A stretch of 62,217 bases of DNA, filler included, from Choristocarpus tenellus KU-1152 (Eukaryota > Protista > Phaeophyceae), in assembly GCA_964200185.2 (NCBI GenBank). It is 11 parts of 11 records of this genome, joined end to end, with 100 filler letters (N's around TTAATTAATTAA, not from the genome) between each part and the next. Parts side by side here need not be neighbours in the genome. Positions count along the whole stretch, not along the records: positions 24,248 to 37,882 come from CAXNAD020001428.1; positions 37,983 to 42,931 come from CAXNAD020012413.1; 9 more parts are not named here. One strand, written 5' to 3'. How positions within the stretch are numbered: the first letter of the stretch is position 1; every line of letters begins with the position of its first letter. Under the pieces are notes generated by a model, which was given only the letters and a program-made list of their open reading frames with translations, made no database searches and was not told the origin of the DNA. Both the position numbers and the translations under genes were made by a program. Below are positions 25,903 through 39,037 of this stretch, piece by piece.

Positions 25903-28900
25903 ATGAGTCTAAGACGAACAGGAGATAAAGTAGGCACAGCCCAGCCTCAAGAAATCGGGCAGCCACTAGAGAATAAGGACGATTATGATCGAAGAAGTTG
26001 CCGCACTGTCCTGTGTGGCTCTATTCTAATTCCGGTCCCAAGTCAAAGACACCCCTGGGTACGCCAGGCTGGTATCCTTGTGCGGAAATTGGCTTGGGTC
26101 TGTGGTACGATTGTGGTGGTATTAGTCCTACTGTGGTGTTTGAGATGGCGTGCGTTGGCTGAGCCGGACGACCTGTGTTCAAATTTCTCTTCTTTCACTG
26201 TGGCCTTGAACACCTTTCAGCGACCAGAATACCTGAAGTTGGCCATTGAACACTACGCTACGTGTGACGGGTGAGTCGGTTACAGCTCAACTAATAGAGT
26301 ATCTTTTGTCGCACTAATATTCTGGAAACTGAAGCCTATCGAATCTTGTCCTTGCCTCCTCTCTGTTTCACAGTGTCGACAGCGTGCGCGTGGTTTGGTC
26401 GGAGCAGACTCCCCCTCCAGACCCCAGAAGTGCTCCTCATCTGTTCAACCACAGAAGACCGGTGCTGTTCCATACGCACGGAAATACCAGTCTCAATAAT
26501 AGGTCAACACCTGGGTTCCACATCGCCCCATTGCCCCAGATCTTCATTATTGCAATCGCTGTTTGAAGTCATGGCAATATTGCGTAATCCCCATTCCCAG
26601 ACTCTGCCTTCATCCACATCGAATTGAAGTCCCCTCGTCCCCTCTGTCAGCATCAAACCTGCACAGTGATTTGTTGGTCGGTTATGCGCCTGAATGTGGG
26701 GATCGCGTTGGCATTCGACACCCATCACAAAACTTTCTGTTCTAATCGTACCAACAAACCTTGTATCCACCCCGATCCCCAGGTTTTATCCTCTGCCTGA
26801 TCTCAAGACGGAAGCAGTATTTGTCGTGGATGATGATGTTGATGTGCCTTGCCCTCACCTTTGTGCTGCCTACCAAGTGAGATCTATACATGCGCCTCTG
26901 GGTGTTGTGCCCCCCCCCCTCACCATGGAGCTTGGCAGGATGCAGTGCTGTTATGCTTTGATAGAACCGTTACAATTATCACTCACGTTGGGTGTTGATA
27001 GTGTGAGAATTGTTTTGAGAAGTTCGTTCTAGGAACGCTGACCTGAAACCTAAACGAAAATTATGAGCAAGTTAGCCAAAGATACAGTTGTGAGAAGGAG
27101 TTCTTGACAGCACCACCTGTTTCTTCCCTCTGAGTTAGAGTAACTGAGAGGAGTGTGTGTTTTTTGGCCGTTTTGAAATTCAAGTTGAAACTTTCTTCAA
27201 AGAAGATCAAGGCACTAGTAAGGATATCTTGCTTCTGGTGACTGAATTTGTGGAATAAAAACATATACCATCAAAAAGTCGAAAGAACCGTTGAAAATTG
27301 GTGACTCTCCCCTCCCGATACTCTTACACTTTGTGAATATGCAGTCAGTAGGAGAATAGAAGCTCAGGACTCTGACCATCCTCCATCACTCTTTTCTGCA
27401 CAGACATGGGAGCGCCACAGGGATGCTTTGGTAGGGTTTTACCCTCGGTCACATGTGCACTACACTGGGGAGGGGGTACATAAAGACTCTGGAGACTGGG
27501 AATACCTTTACTTTTGGAGGCAAGATGAAATAGGCAATACTTCTGCAGAGAGAAAGATTTAGGGGTGTTGGTTCTTGAGCACTTGAGTCATGATATGACT
27601 GAGAGCTAAGTTGCATTATATGTTTGCAAGGGGTTATTCCGATTAATGTAGGGATGCAAGATATTTTGACTCCGTCTATTCACTGATCATTCTGTAAGTC
27701 TGATTTCCCAGCCTAAAATTCTATTCCACACAGGGTACTATTCAAGCGCAACTACAGCATGGTCCTCACCAAGGCAGCATTTCTGCATGCAAAGTATCTC
27801 AACCTGTATAGTGGTGTGGATGATGTCAATGGTGGAGGCAATGGTGACTTTGATGTGGTAAGGTTTAATGTTGGAATGGCCATGCAGGAGGCAAGGGCTT
27901 ATGTGGACTCGAATCGCAACTGTGAGGATATTGCTATGCAGATGGTGAGTGCTAAGAAGCACCAGTCTTTGGTAGTAGAAGCAAGATGGGCCAGTAAATG
28001 TTGTATTACCACAACAATGATATCCAGGTAGTGATATTCCGGGAAAGAATAGAGCAGTTCTGGGCAGTTGTTCCATTTGTGCCACATTTAAAGGTTATGC
28101 CATAAATCTGTAGTCCTCATCAAACCACTTGTTAACTCTGCTGTGATGAGACACCTTTGTTCTTTTTAATGTTACAGATTGTGAGGTTGTCTCTTGCACC
28201 TGATACCCAGACCAGAAAGGATGTTTTGGTCCATGTTAATATTGCCTTCATATTTATTGCAATGTGAAGCATAGCTGTTAAACCCATGACCTTTTATAAA
28301 TTTGCATGGGTACTATTGTTGGAGCAAACCAAAGGACTTTTTTTGTGCAGGTTCTTAGTGTACTCATGCATGTGCATAAGATGCTGAGTTATCATTAAAC
28401 TATTTTGTTGAGGTTAGCCTGGTGTCTGTTGTTTGTATTGGTGATTTGTGTGCGTCCACATGTGCATCAAGAAATGAAGTCAGAAAATGAAAAGCAGTCT
28501 GGGCAAATCATTCTGGAGTGTTCTTGGGGTATTTTTTCCACAATGTTCTTTGTGTATGCACACATGCATGAGGAACAGAAACCAACACAGAAGCAGTGGC
28601 AAGGCAGACTGCTTGAGCTGAATCCGAGAGGAGGGGAGTGAGAGCACTTCTCCAGTCAATACCCTTGATATTTCCTCATTCCTCCCAATGTTGAAGTTTT
28701 GTGATATGAGAAAGGGAGCAAGGGTGGCAGAACTTACCGCAGCAGTCTCCCTTGGCCTTGTGCTGGGCCTTGTGTTGGATTCAATTTGTGTAACTCCCAG
28801 GGGCAGACACTACCGTATGAATGTCAGGGGAGGATAGTAGGACTGACATTGTGTATTTCACTTGGGTGAAGCACATTTGGCAGAGGCTCGCCAGTGGATG

Positions 28901-30128
28901 CCATCATGTTTGGTTGGCTAGGATAGGAACTGGAGGTCAAGGTTAGGATCAGAGAGGAGAGGAGGCTCCACCATGTGGTAATGACAACTCTCCTGCAGCA
29001 CCAGGAGGACCAAAGGGGTGTGGCCTGTGCTCAGCTAAGGATAAATGTAACAGTCACTTGTGTATGGACCACACAACAGGGTTGTGCCAGCCACCATCAC
29101 ATCGAATTGTTTCCTAGGTCTGATTTTCCAGTTTATGTTTGGATCACACACAGGTAGTTTTTAGGGAGGAGAGGAACCTGATGGCAGTTGCAGCTATCCA
29201 CGCTGCTGTGCTTCCAGCGAAGGCTACTCACGTAGTACTGTGCTACTGTCGATGGTGCTAGCAGTATTACTTTTTTACTGACCTGTGCTGTGTGGGCTTG
29301 GGTCATTATTGTCTTTCAGGTCGTAACAGCTGCTTCAGGACTCCCTCCAGTGACCACATTTGCACCACTCCATGATCATGGCCTTTTGAGTGGCATTAGC
29401 ACGGGGGAGGGCTCGGGGAAGTGGTGGCGGGCACCTCATGCTGTGAAGAGATCCAAGTGAGATGAAAAAGAGGAGTTGGGTTTACGTTTGTATTGTTGCT
29501 GTGACAGCTTTGCTGTGCTGTGTTGATAATGTAGAGTCACTTTTTTATACTCACTTATCTGTGCTGATTGGCTGGCCTCTTCCTCTATCCCTTGCACAAA
29601 TTGTTTTTTCTTGCTTAAGAGCTGACTCTATGCCCTGGTTCATAGGTCTTCAGTGTCTGTACACGACATGTAGTGGGTGTAAGTGTTTATTCCGTGTGTG
29701 CGTATATATATATATATATTTGCTTGTTGTATTATAACTGTATATTTTACACTGTGTGTCTGATACATACCTTCCCCATACTCTCTGTATTACCTTGTCA
29801 CCTCCACCATTTTTGCCCTTTCAGATGCCTGGCCGACCTCAATGAAATATTCTGCAAGTACGCAGTTGCAGGCCTTCGTCCTCTTCCCAGAAGCCCTGAA
29901 ATAGCCCCTATAGAAGAGTATTGTAGTGTTCTAAAACACACAGAACTCTTTGCAGTGTCTAGATCTGCAATCACCAATGACGAGGGGAGTGACCTTTCGT
30001 ATTTATCAGTCTGGGGATTAGCATTACGGGTCCCCACAGTTGCGGAGTTTATAAGTGTCGACATGGTTCTTATTCCCGGAAAGTTGTGGCAGGGACTTGT
30101 CAGGTTTCTTGGATTGGTGCCAGTCTAG
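25903..30128 (+). CDS. Glycosyltransferase family 64 (EXTL2/EPC1-like alpha-1,4-N-acetylhexosaminyltransferase), apparently complete. Exons 25903-26270, 26374-26502, 26783-26876, 27404-27519, 27734-27944, 29320-29456, 29825-30128
   Basis: N-terminal TM anchor, then FTVALNTFQR, VRVVWS, SLNNRF, TEAVFVVDDD (DxD), LVGFYPRSH, YSMVLTKAAFLH, NRNCEDIAM, GIS..H..RSKCL. Splice phases are consistent if intron 4 is GC-AG. Confidence 0.9.
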
Positions 30129-33100
30129 GTTTCCTGCTGGCCACCACGATCTTATATCGTAGATAGGTCCGACAATGACGTGAGGTGCTCGGAGTTTTTC
30201 GTTTGTACTGATATGGTTGTATTTGTGTGTGGAGTGCTGCAGTAAACACTTATTGTATTAGAGGATCTACGCTTGTGTATATAAAGTCTGGCAGACGATT
30301 ACGTCACACTAGTACAAATTTGTGAAGCTTGAGTGCTTAGGAGTATTGTCCGTTATTGTTGTGGTACAAAGTAGCATTGCAGCATAATCAAGCCTGGATT
30401 TAGCGTGGCGGACTAATTTTGTGTCTGAAGTAGGAAGAATCGAGGATCTGTTGTACCAGTGGATCTTGAGATCTCTGTACAGATGTATGTATGGAGTATC
30501 TTTATCTGTCCTTGATTTCTATTGCAGGTTTATCCATAACATACTTTTTTTGCTTGATGCTTGAAGTGGGAAGCTGTTTTGTGTAGTGGTTGCTTATCAC
30601 TCCATAATGTTTAGCAGGAATGTACACAATATGTAAGCACAATCATCATCTTGTGCTTCTTGGCAACTCACCTTGCCTTGTTTGAGACAAGGAGTAGATT
30701 ATAGCACCCATGGTCAACAGTATTAGTCACTGAGAGTCATCACAATGTGTGTAGACAGTATTACCACCATGAAATATCATGTGGACCTAGATGAACTGGA
30801 CCCCATGACCAAGAATCAACCCTTCCTGTGATATTGTTTAATGTTTCAGATTACGACAATTCAAGAGTAGTTGATTGTTTTCTTGTGTATGTATACGACC
30901 ACATTTCACAAAATCGTTTATCTTTCTGGTGAGGTTGAGTGATTCTTCATGGCTCGCCTCACCCACTCTGTAAACGCCTCAACTGAATGAAGGTCAAATA
31001 ATTTTATTGAGCCTATCTTGTTCTTACTAATGGTTGCTTTGATTCTCAACTCTACTATTGTATTGATAGTGATAGGCCTCGTAGGTGATTCTGTTCACAC
31101 TGCACTCAGAAGAACCATGCATGGCTGAATTGTTTCTGGTTCTTGCTCTAGGAAGTAGGACATAGATTTAGTAATGAACCAATGAAGCAGGGGTACTCAA
31201 ACGTTTTTGAACAGTGTTAAGACATTCAAGCCTCTCCTTAGACTGTACACCAGGAAAAGGAGATGATGAGGAGGCAACAATTCCTCATTGAACTTAACTC
31301 TATCATAACTCAAGGGAAACAGAGTATGCATGCTTGAAAGGAGTTCATAGTAATGTTAAAGTTCTTGTGGTTGGTGTGTGTTTGTGGGTATATTGCAATG
31401 AGAGACGAAGGACCTAAAAAGGAAGATAGTAGCCTTACTTGACACCTCCCGGTCAATGGATGGTCTGGTCTGGCTGTTATTGGTTGTTGTGAGGCAGCCT
31501 TCATTATTTCTTGATGTGCGTGTGTGTTCTGGACCTTGCTCAATTTTGTAGTGCTGGTGTCTCTTTTCTGGAACCGAATGGTGTACGTAGCTGGATCCTT
31601 TCTTCATTTGCTCTAATTTCTTTATATTTAAAAAAAATATGTTGTACCCTCTTTCTCAAGTATTGTACATTAATCGTTTGTTGCTTTCCTCTGTGTTGGC
31701 ATCTATGACCACGAGCTTCGAGGAAAAATCAGGCTAAGAATTCGAAACTCTATACAATACATGCAATATTCTTTCCCCGAGCAGATATAAAATATGGGTA
31801 AAGCTCCACCAAACTAAATCCTTCCATGTAGGTAGCTAGATGAATATTATCGTAGTGGATGGACTGATAATCTGCATCCTGATTCGCTCTGTCCACCAGT
31901 CTTTGATATTGTATTGTAGTTGATTATCCTCGAGGTCTAGAACACTTGAAAAACTTCGCTGTCACATGACTGCACCCGTATTTAGTATCGTCTTATTATT
32001 ATGGGAGGCTGTGAAATTATTATAATACTGTTCTCTAGTAATTCTTACCATATTATTGTTATTATCTGCACTTGTTCAGGCTGTGGGACCAGAAACTTGG
32101 GTTGACTCAAGGTTAGAGGCACTGCACATTACACCGCTTCTCATTACCTACGAAGTAACTGTTCTTGCACTGCGACAAGTGGTGCTAATGCCCCATGTTT
32201 GCCTTCCTTGCATTTCCAGTCATGCGTTGGGTTCAGTCATTTCACTGCTCGTTGCTCTGTCTCTTCCCTCGGATCATATACAGTACTCGCCTGACAGTAA
32301 TTAAGACTTACCACACCATGGTTCAGTCTTTTTATTTGTATTATTTTTGTAGTTTTTTAACTTGGCGACACACAGAAGAGAGAACCCAGGCAGGTCTATC
32401 ATCATTGCGTTGTGCTTATCATGTAGTCTGCTGATGAGGGTTAGAAAAAAACTGGCCAGGGTTGAACCCGCTCATTCCTCCTTTGACAGAAGAAGCTCTT
32501 ATCAATAGTATGCTTAGACTACCGCCACCAGTTAAAATATTGATAATAGTTGTATTAGTAACTATGATTCGTCACTCATCATAAATTGCCTGCCTGTGGA
32601 CTCTCATACACTGTGGTCAGAAGAGACTCTACACACTACATTGCTACCACTACAACTGCTTTTCATACTACCCACTACTACTACTATTGTCGCTAAATGT
32701 TGCACTAATAAAACCACTTCATACCTCTCCGTTCATCCCTGCCACCCTTCCTGCGTGTAGGGTTTAGCCATCCTACTACTCATCACACACACCCTGCCCC
32801 CACATCTTATGCTTGACCTGCCTCGGTGTTACTACTGGGAAATGGACTCTTGCGATCTCATTCATGGTCTGGCGTTTTTGTAGTGTAGCCACATAGAGGA
32901 TGATAGTACAAGTAGGTTCCTAGTATTGGTTCCCACTTGAACTTGGGATAATTGAAACCAGATATTGTCCAGATTTCAAAAAGAGTCCTTACTTTTATTA
33001 CTATTATTACTGTTACTATTGCTATTATCATTATTAGTAATGATTCAAAGTAAGTGACAGGTATATTTTTTCTATTACTGTGAGAGCCATCTTCCAAAGA

Positions 33101-34048
33101 AGGTATACCTTGAAGGTAACCTATCTTGAAGAATCTGATATTCGTACAACATTTGTTTTTGACATGTTGAAGGTAGCATTTGCTTGAAGGAAATAGCTGG
33201 TGGTTTGAGGGGAACTTGCAACTCCCCCTCATTCACTTTACCACTACTTGTTCACTCTTTTCCTGAGTGATGTTCAGAGGGATTGCTCTCCCTCTTTTCT
33301 TGTCTCTCTCCTTTTCCTTGCCTCCTGTGGGTCTTCCCAATCCCCTTCATTACGAAGAACCTTTCGGCTTGTTTCAACCTGTTTCACGTTATTCTAAAAA
33401 TGTTACTAGCAGTAGCATTTTTGTCTTGTTATTCTATCATAAGGTAGCAGTATTTTTTCTAGTATAAATACTATTATTGTGTTTACTACTGATATCATTT
33501 CCCAAAATGACGAGTAGAACCTGCAGGAAAAAAAGCTAATTTATCACTCAAAAGTTGTAGGAAGTTTTAAGGGAAGGACAATGTGAACAACGGATACAAG
33601 AAAACTAACCCAAAAAGGAGATATGACGACCCCAAGCAGCATTTAGGAGGAAGTAGTGATGGTAGTGGTGTTGGTGGCTCGGGTGATTGTAGCTGCTGCT
33701 TTTGCATTATTTGCGTATTTATTTGCGATCGTCACAGCTTCCTGGGAATCGACTCTACCATGAAGTCCATTGCGTCTGCAGTCACGCACTCATCATCGTA
33801 CCACTTTTTATGTTGGTGGCCCTACCATGATAATAATAGTGCTACTCCAACCCTCCTCTGCAATGCCAACCTTCTCCAGCAAGGATGTCTTGGAGGCGAG
33901 TCTACCGGTTCTTCTCCTTCTGCCTACCTTGCTACCGTTTTCCAGTCGCAAGCTCCCCAAACATATCAACACCTTGGCGAGCTACTTATCCCCCATGCAT
34001 TATCTTCACTTAGAGTCGAACCAACTGAGAGGTAGGGCTGTATTTTAA

Positions 34049-34305
34049 GAGTCAAAGTATCTTAGAGGGTAGAGCCGCATCCATTTGGGGGCCAGAACCC
34101 AATGTTGCAATTTTGAAGTAATTTTGGCTATCGTGCTTGTTGGAAAATGTCAATATCCTTGTTCCGGACACACCTTTTCATAAGGTATAGCTATTACCTA
34201 CTCTGAAACATTTTGGAGTAGGAAAATATAAAAAAAATTCGTGGGAAGCTAAGCCCCAAACGAACAAACAGGGCAAAACCCGTACCCTCTAAGATACTTT
34301 CACTC
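34049..34305. mobile_element. MITE family B
   Basis: GAGTCAAAGTATCTTAGAGGGTA ... TACCCTCTAAGATACTTTCACTC; TSD TTAA. Confidence 0.88.
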
Positions 34306-35462
34306 TTAAGGGTCCCGAGAAAGGGTATAATGATAAATGCCATTTTGTACAACTATAGGAAGAGCCTTTAACAGCATAAACTACTTTTTAGGACGACGTT
34401 TTTTTAGGAGGCCCATTTTTTCCCACACCAAAAAGGCACAAATTTGTTCTCCACGAAAAATATTTAGTCATCCATACCTCCACATTACGCGAAATGTCAG
34501 CCATTATTACTTGAATCGAAAGTTATTTACCTGAATGAAAATCGAAATCTATCTGCTCACATATACATCCTACATACATTGACCTGTGTGCTCTATATGC
34601 TCTCTATCTTGTGCCTCAAAGCATTCCACACACACATGGATACCTTTCTGAAACAATAGTACTCACCTCTATCGAGTGTATCTTGCCTGTTACGGCACGG
34701 CTAATCTGCAAGTCATTCACCAGTGCTTCACTGCATGCAATATGACACCCCTTCACCACAACCAACCTGCCACCGTACAAGAGCACGATTCATTAAATCC
34801 CAGGTTTCAACAGACAACACCTCACTGTGAACGCTGGAGAAGGTATTGGAGGTAGCAGACTCAGTGGGAGCCACTGACCCTATCTGTGGGGCTCATATAG
34901 ATGACTTATGATAAGACTCTCCATGAGGCTCTTGTTGCCTTGCTAAAGGGGCGAGGAGAGTGACCACCAGTCATCCTACATTTTTTTTTTTATGGCTGCA
35001 TGCTGGCGATGCTTCATACAGGATAGGCCTAACCCCCCCAAACTTGCGGGCATCGGTGCTTGTACTTGTTGATATGTTTCCAGGCGAAGAAACCAATTTC
35101 ACACACCCCTTCAAAGTGTTTGGTGTTTGTGGCAGGGAAGGAGTGCGATTTCCTGAGGAGGTATGGGTTCTGCAAATTCGACCACTTCAAAGAAGGGGAG
35201 AGAGGAGGGAAAAGAGGCAAGGAGAGGAGGGAGAAAGGTAAAGGGGAAAAGACACAGGGAGTACCGACTAAACAGGACCCCTGAGGATACAGACCCATCC
35301 TCTGCAGGGGTGGGCCGGTAAAATAAGACCCATGGACGTCAATGCTACCCCAGCACGCACACCTTATAACAGGAATTCCAAGACCAGGGTCTTTACACCA
35401 GGCAATCAAAGATAGAGGGGGAGGGGAAGGTGTTGATAGAGACAGAATGGAAAGAGTGGTTT

Positions 35463-35649
35463 GACTCAACGTATCTGGGGGGGGGGTGGCGGCTGTCCAT
35501 TTCGGGTCAGTTCTTTCATGGTGAGATTTTTGTGTGATTTGGTTGCATACGTCGGATGGATAATGTAAGTGCACTTTTCCTGGTTAAGGCCCAAATGGAC
35601 ACCCTGGTGTAGATCCCCCCACCCCCCTCCCCCCCAGATACTTTGGGTC
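35463..35649. mobile_element. MITE family A, full length
   Basis: TIR GACTCAACGTATCTGGGGG / CCCCCAGATACTTTGGGTC; internal inverted GTCCATTT / AAATGGAC. Confidence 0.85.
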
Positions 35650-36010
35650 TTTGGGACCTCGGAAAAGTTAAAAAGAAAGGAAGAGATATCCACAAGTACA
35701 AAGCAGGAGTTGAAGAAGTTAGCAAGTAAGGGAGAATGGTTTGTCTTGACGAATGTGGGGGAGATTTGGGGCGATTGGTAGCGAGGCCGGAATGGAGATG
35801 GAGCCTTGAACATACGAAATGGGGCAGGATTGAAGGTCGTTCTAAAATAGGATAGGATTTACACAGATAAAAAGACTGTTACAAGTAGTTCAAATAGGGG
35901 TACTGCTAAGCGTGAGAGAGGAGGACAGGGTAGAAGGGAGGCTAGAGTATGGGAACCATAGGATTGCAGTCCATCACAGAGGGGCATTGTTATAAAAGGC
36001 GGTAGGGGAC

Positions 36011-37368
36011 GTGGTTCAAGGTAGGGCATTGATGTTCCCAAAAAGGGGGACAGCAAAGATTCCAGGACTTTATTTGTCCCCAATGGGGAAAGTTCAAGAA
36101 CCTATCAAAGTTAGGATTATTCATGATTTGTCATGTCAGCAAGAAAGTTGGAGTCCGAGTGTGAATGAAGAAAAGGACTTTGAGGATGCCCCCTCTGTGC
36201 ATTGCGGTACTGTGTTGGGAGATGTGATGAAGAGGATAGTAGACTTACGGAAGGAGTTCCCCAAGGCGAGAATTATGATTTGTAAGATAGGTGTTAAGGA
36301 TGCCTTTCGTCAGGAACCAATTGAACCAAAGGGAGAAGCTTGGTCTGTTGAAGACGTTGTGGTGATAGACTTCAGACTTCAATTTGGTCGGAGGAGTAGC
36401 CCAGGATAGTGGGACCTACTGGCAAGTGCTCTAGAAATCCCCCGTCTGCAGTCGTAATCCCTGAAGATCGGCTTTACTGCAAGTGTGAGACATTCCCCAC
36501 AGATAGATAAGAGGAATATATGTGAGTTGGATGAGAAATGGAAGGTTCCAAAAGATGGGGGGGCGGGGGCGGGGGGGGGTAGATAACCCTTTTTTTGGTA
36601 GGATATACGTGGATGACAGCATTTTGGTGGAGATCCAAAAGGTGGGAGGAGATTGAGGCTAGCAAACAAATTCCTCAGTGTCTGACCATATACAACTGCT
36701 AGGTTATAGGAAGGTAGAGGAACGCCCCATCTTGTCGACTAAAAGCTGACTGGGTGGCATACCGCACAGGTAGTAGTAGGGCGGAAGATAGATACTGAGG
36801 TCATGACAATTGAAGGGATTGCTAGAGTAGTGGCTAGAGTTGAGGACAGGAGCAAGGGTGTGGGACGTGTGAGTACTGATGGGGAAACCTTTTCGCGTAT
36901 CTTATATTTTGCAATCGGGACAATTTTTCCTTTGGTGGCTGGTGTAACTGTCAGGGTTACACCAGAAGGGGGGTTGGCTGAGGAGGATAGCCAATCGTAG
37001 TGGTCAGAGAGAACAGAGTGCAGGGGTGAGGGCAGGAGATGGGGAGTTCAGGATAGGTAGGGGATTCAAAGAAGACTTGTATTTATTGATGGAGGTGTGC
37101 AGTAGAGTGGGCACTGAAAAAAAAGGGGGAGACCTGACCTCACCTTTTCTGGGACTTGGGGTGAGACCACCAGTGACGATTTGGTTCTCAGATGCGTATT
37201 AAACAGCAGTAGGAGGTTACAATGTAGATACAGTTAAGTGGTGGAGGTGTGATTGCCTGTAGTGTGTGAAGAAGGATATTGCACGGAGTGTATTAAAAGA
37301 GGAGGGAAGGAAATATATCAATTACTGTATTGGAACTGTTGGGGATGGTAGTGAATGCGTGGCTATTG
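36011..37368 (+). mobile_element. Decayed RT-RNase H of a DIRS/Ngaro-type retrotransposon
   Basis: RIIHDLS, VKDAFRQ, DFRLQFGRRSSPG*W and IYVDDSILVE (~36603); RNase H-like WFSDA..AVGGY and VLELLGMVV; several stops and frameshifts. Confidence 0.8.
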
Positions 37369-37805
37369 TGTTGAGAAGCTTGGTGCAAGTAAGGCTCGTC
37401 GCCGGAAGCTAGCAGTTGAAGTACATTGTAAAACATACACTGACTTATATTGATTGCCCATCAGCCATACATCATCACTGACGTGTGAATGAATGTTGAC
37501 TTATTATATTTTTATGCACCTTCGAACTTTGTATCATACCTAACCAATTATAAACATACGTATAACCTATGTTATATACTTGTGTCAGCACAAATAACAT
37601 AAGGATAACACTAGGTTATTCAACATCCTCCCCTTGCTGAAAATATGTATTAACTCTCAAAAACAATCATAACAAAAAAATAAAACACACATGTTGTCTC
37701 ACATGTTCATCAAAAAGTTCACATGTTGTCTAAAACTCAAACTGGCAAATTCTTGGTCAATACATCTGCCCTCTGATTTGCAATACCAACAAAAACAACA
37801 CAAGT
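37369..37805 (-). mobile_element. 3' end of a Copia LTR retrotransposon: LTR 37369-37625, PPT 37626-37635, RNase H tail
   Basis: The LTR is bounded by TGTTGA...TCAACA. The adjacent TCCTCCCCTT is a purine tract on the minus strand. The minus-strand peptide VVFVGIANQRADVLTKNL matches the Copia RNase H C-terminal motif. Confidence 0.82.
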
Positions 37806-38357
37806 CTCTGTTACAGGCGAATAGCGCGATTATTTAATCTTCATGTTTAGGAAATACGAACATTTGTAACAGACGTACATTGNNNNNNNNNNNNNNNNNN
37901 NNNNNNNNNNNNNNNNNNNNNNNNNNTTAATTAATTAANNNNNNNNNNNNNNNNNNNNNNNNNNNNNNNNNNNNNNNNNNNNAAAGAGGGGGGACTGGGA
38001 TGAAAAAGGGTACGCCCGACAGTGGTAGAGATTTTTGGGGGGGGGGGGGGGGGGGGGGGGGGCAATAATAACGCCTGATTCCGGAACTGCGAGTAGGCAA
38101 TGCCCCCACATGTGCTTCTTTCCTTTCCAGTCAAGTCTCTTGACAATTATCGACATGGTCAAAGTGGAGGGTTCAGCATGATGGCTATATTGCTAAGGTT
38201 TCCAATGCACTTTCTCTAGCAACTGTACCATACAGCTAATTCCCACTCCTTTGGACAAGACTGATATTCTTTGAACAATGACATTAACCAACTTGGGCTG
38301 ACCCTGCCAAGGCAAAAGGGGGGGGGGGTGAAATGATCAAAATTGCGGATTTAAAAC

Positions 38358-38706
38358 GAGCCAAAGTAATCAAGAGGTAGCCAGGGTTACATTTCAAGGA
38401 TGCCCGAAAAAAAAAATGAGTAAAAATTGTCTTTTTTTTTACAAATGTGTACAGGATATTTGCAAAATTGAGTCGGAAAGTTTCAAACAATGGAGAAATC
38501 AACCCCATTCAGTCCAACTTAGCGCTTAATCCGTAGAAAGAAAATATGGGTAAATTGAAAAAGATTGAAAAACCCCCATGAAGTAAATCTTAAAACTCCA
38601 TTTGTAGAAATAAAATTTGAGTAAATTTTAGAAAAATGAAAAAATGGCTTATAATGCCAAAATAAAAACGCCCAAAACCTGGGTACCTCTCGCTTACTTT
38701 GAGCTC
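38358..38706. mobile_element. MITE family C (Sola2-like)
   Basis: TIR GAGCCAAAGTAATCAAGAGGTAGCCAGG / CCTGGGTACCTCTCGCTTACTTTGAGCTC; TSD AAAC. Confidence 0.85.
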
Positions 38707-39037
38707 AAACCTACTTCCTCAAACCCCTGCTCCCCGTCTCGTTTCTAGAAAAAAATATATATGAGAACTGAAGGACGCTATTACTACAAGAGCAGACAAG
38801 CTGGATTTTATTTTTTCCAGTGTCACCGGCTCCAGCACTGTCAATAGTGCCCTGGAGCTGTGATTGTATGTACGGCATGTGTAAGGTGTCTGTTTGTTCT
38901 GATGAAAAAGGTACATAAAAAACATTTTTAAATATATTTAAAAGAAAAACTTGTGTTTCGAGAAAAAGAAAATTCATCGTCGAATAGTCTAAATGAAGGT
39001 CAACAATACCCTATTTCCTGGCCTTCCCTTCCCTCAC

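Noticed and set aside
32080-32154. Possible exon resembling an Stf0-type sulfotransferase tail (LEALHITPLLITYE)
   Set aside because: It has AG/GT borders, but I could not link any other exon and the match is too short to support.
33583-34048. Overlapping ORFs, possible exon
   Set aside because: No recognisable motif and no phase-consistent partner exon found.
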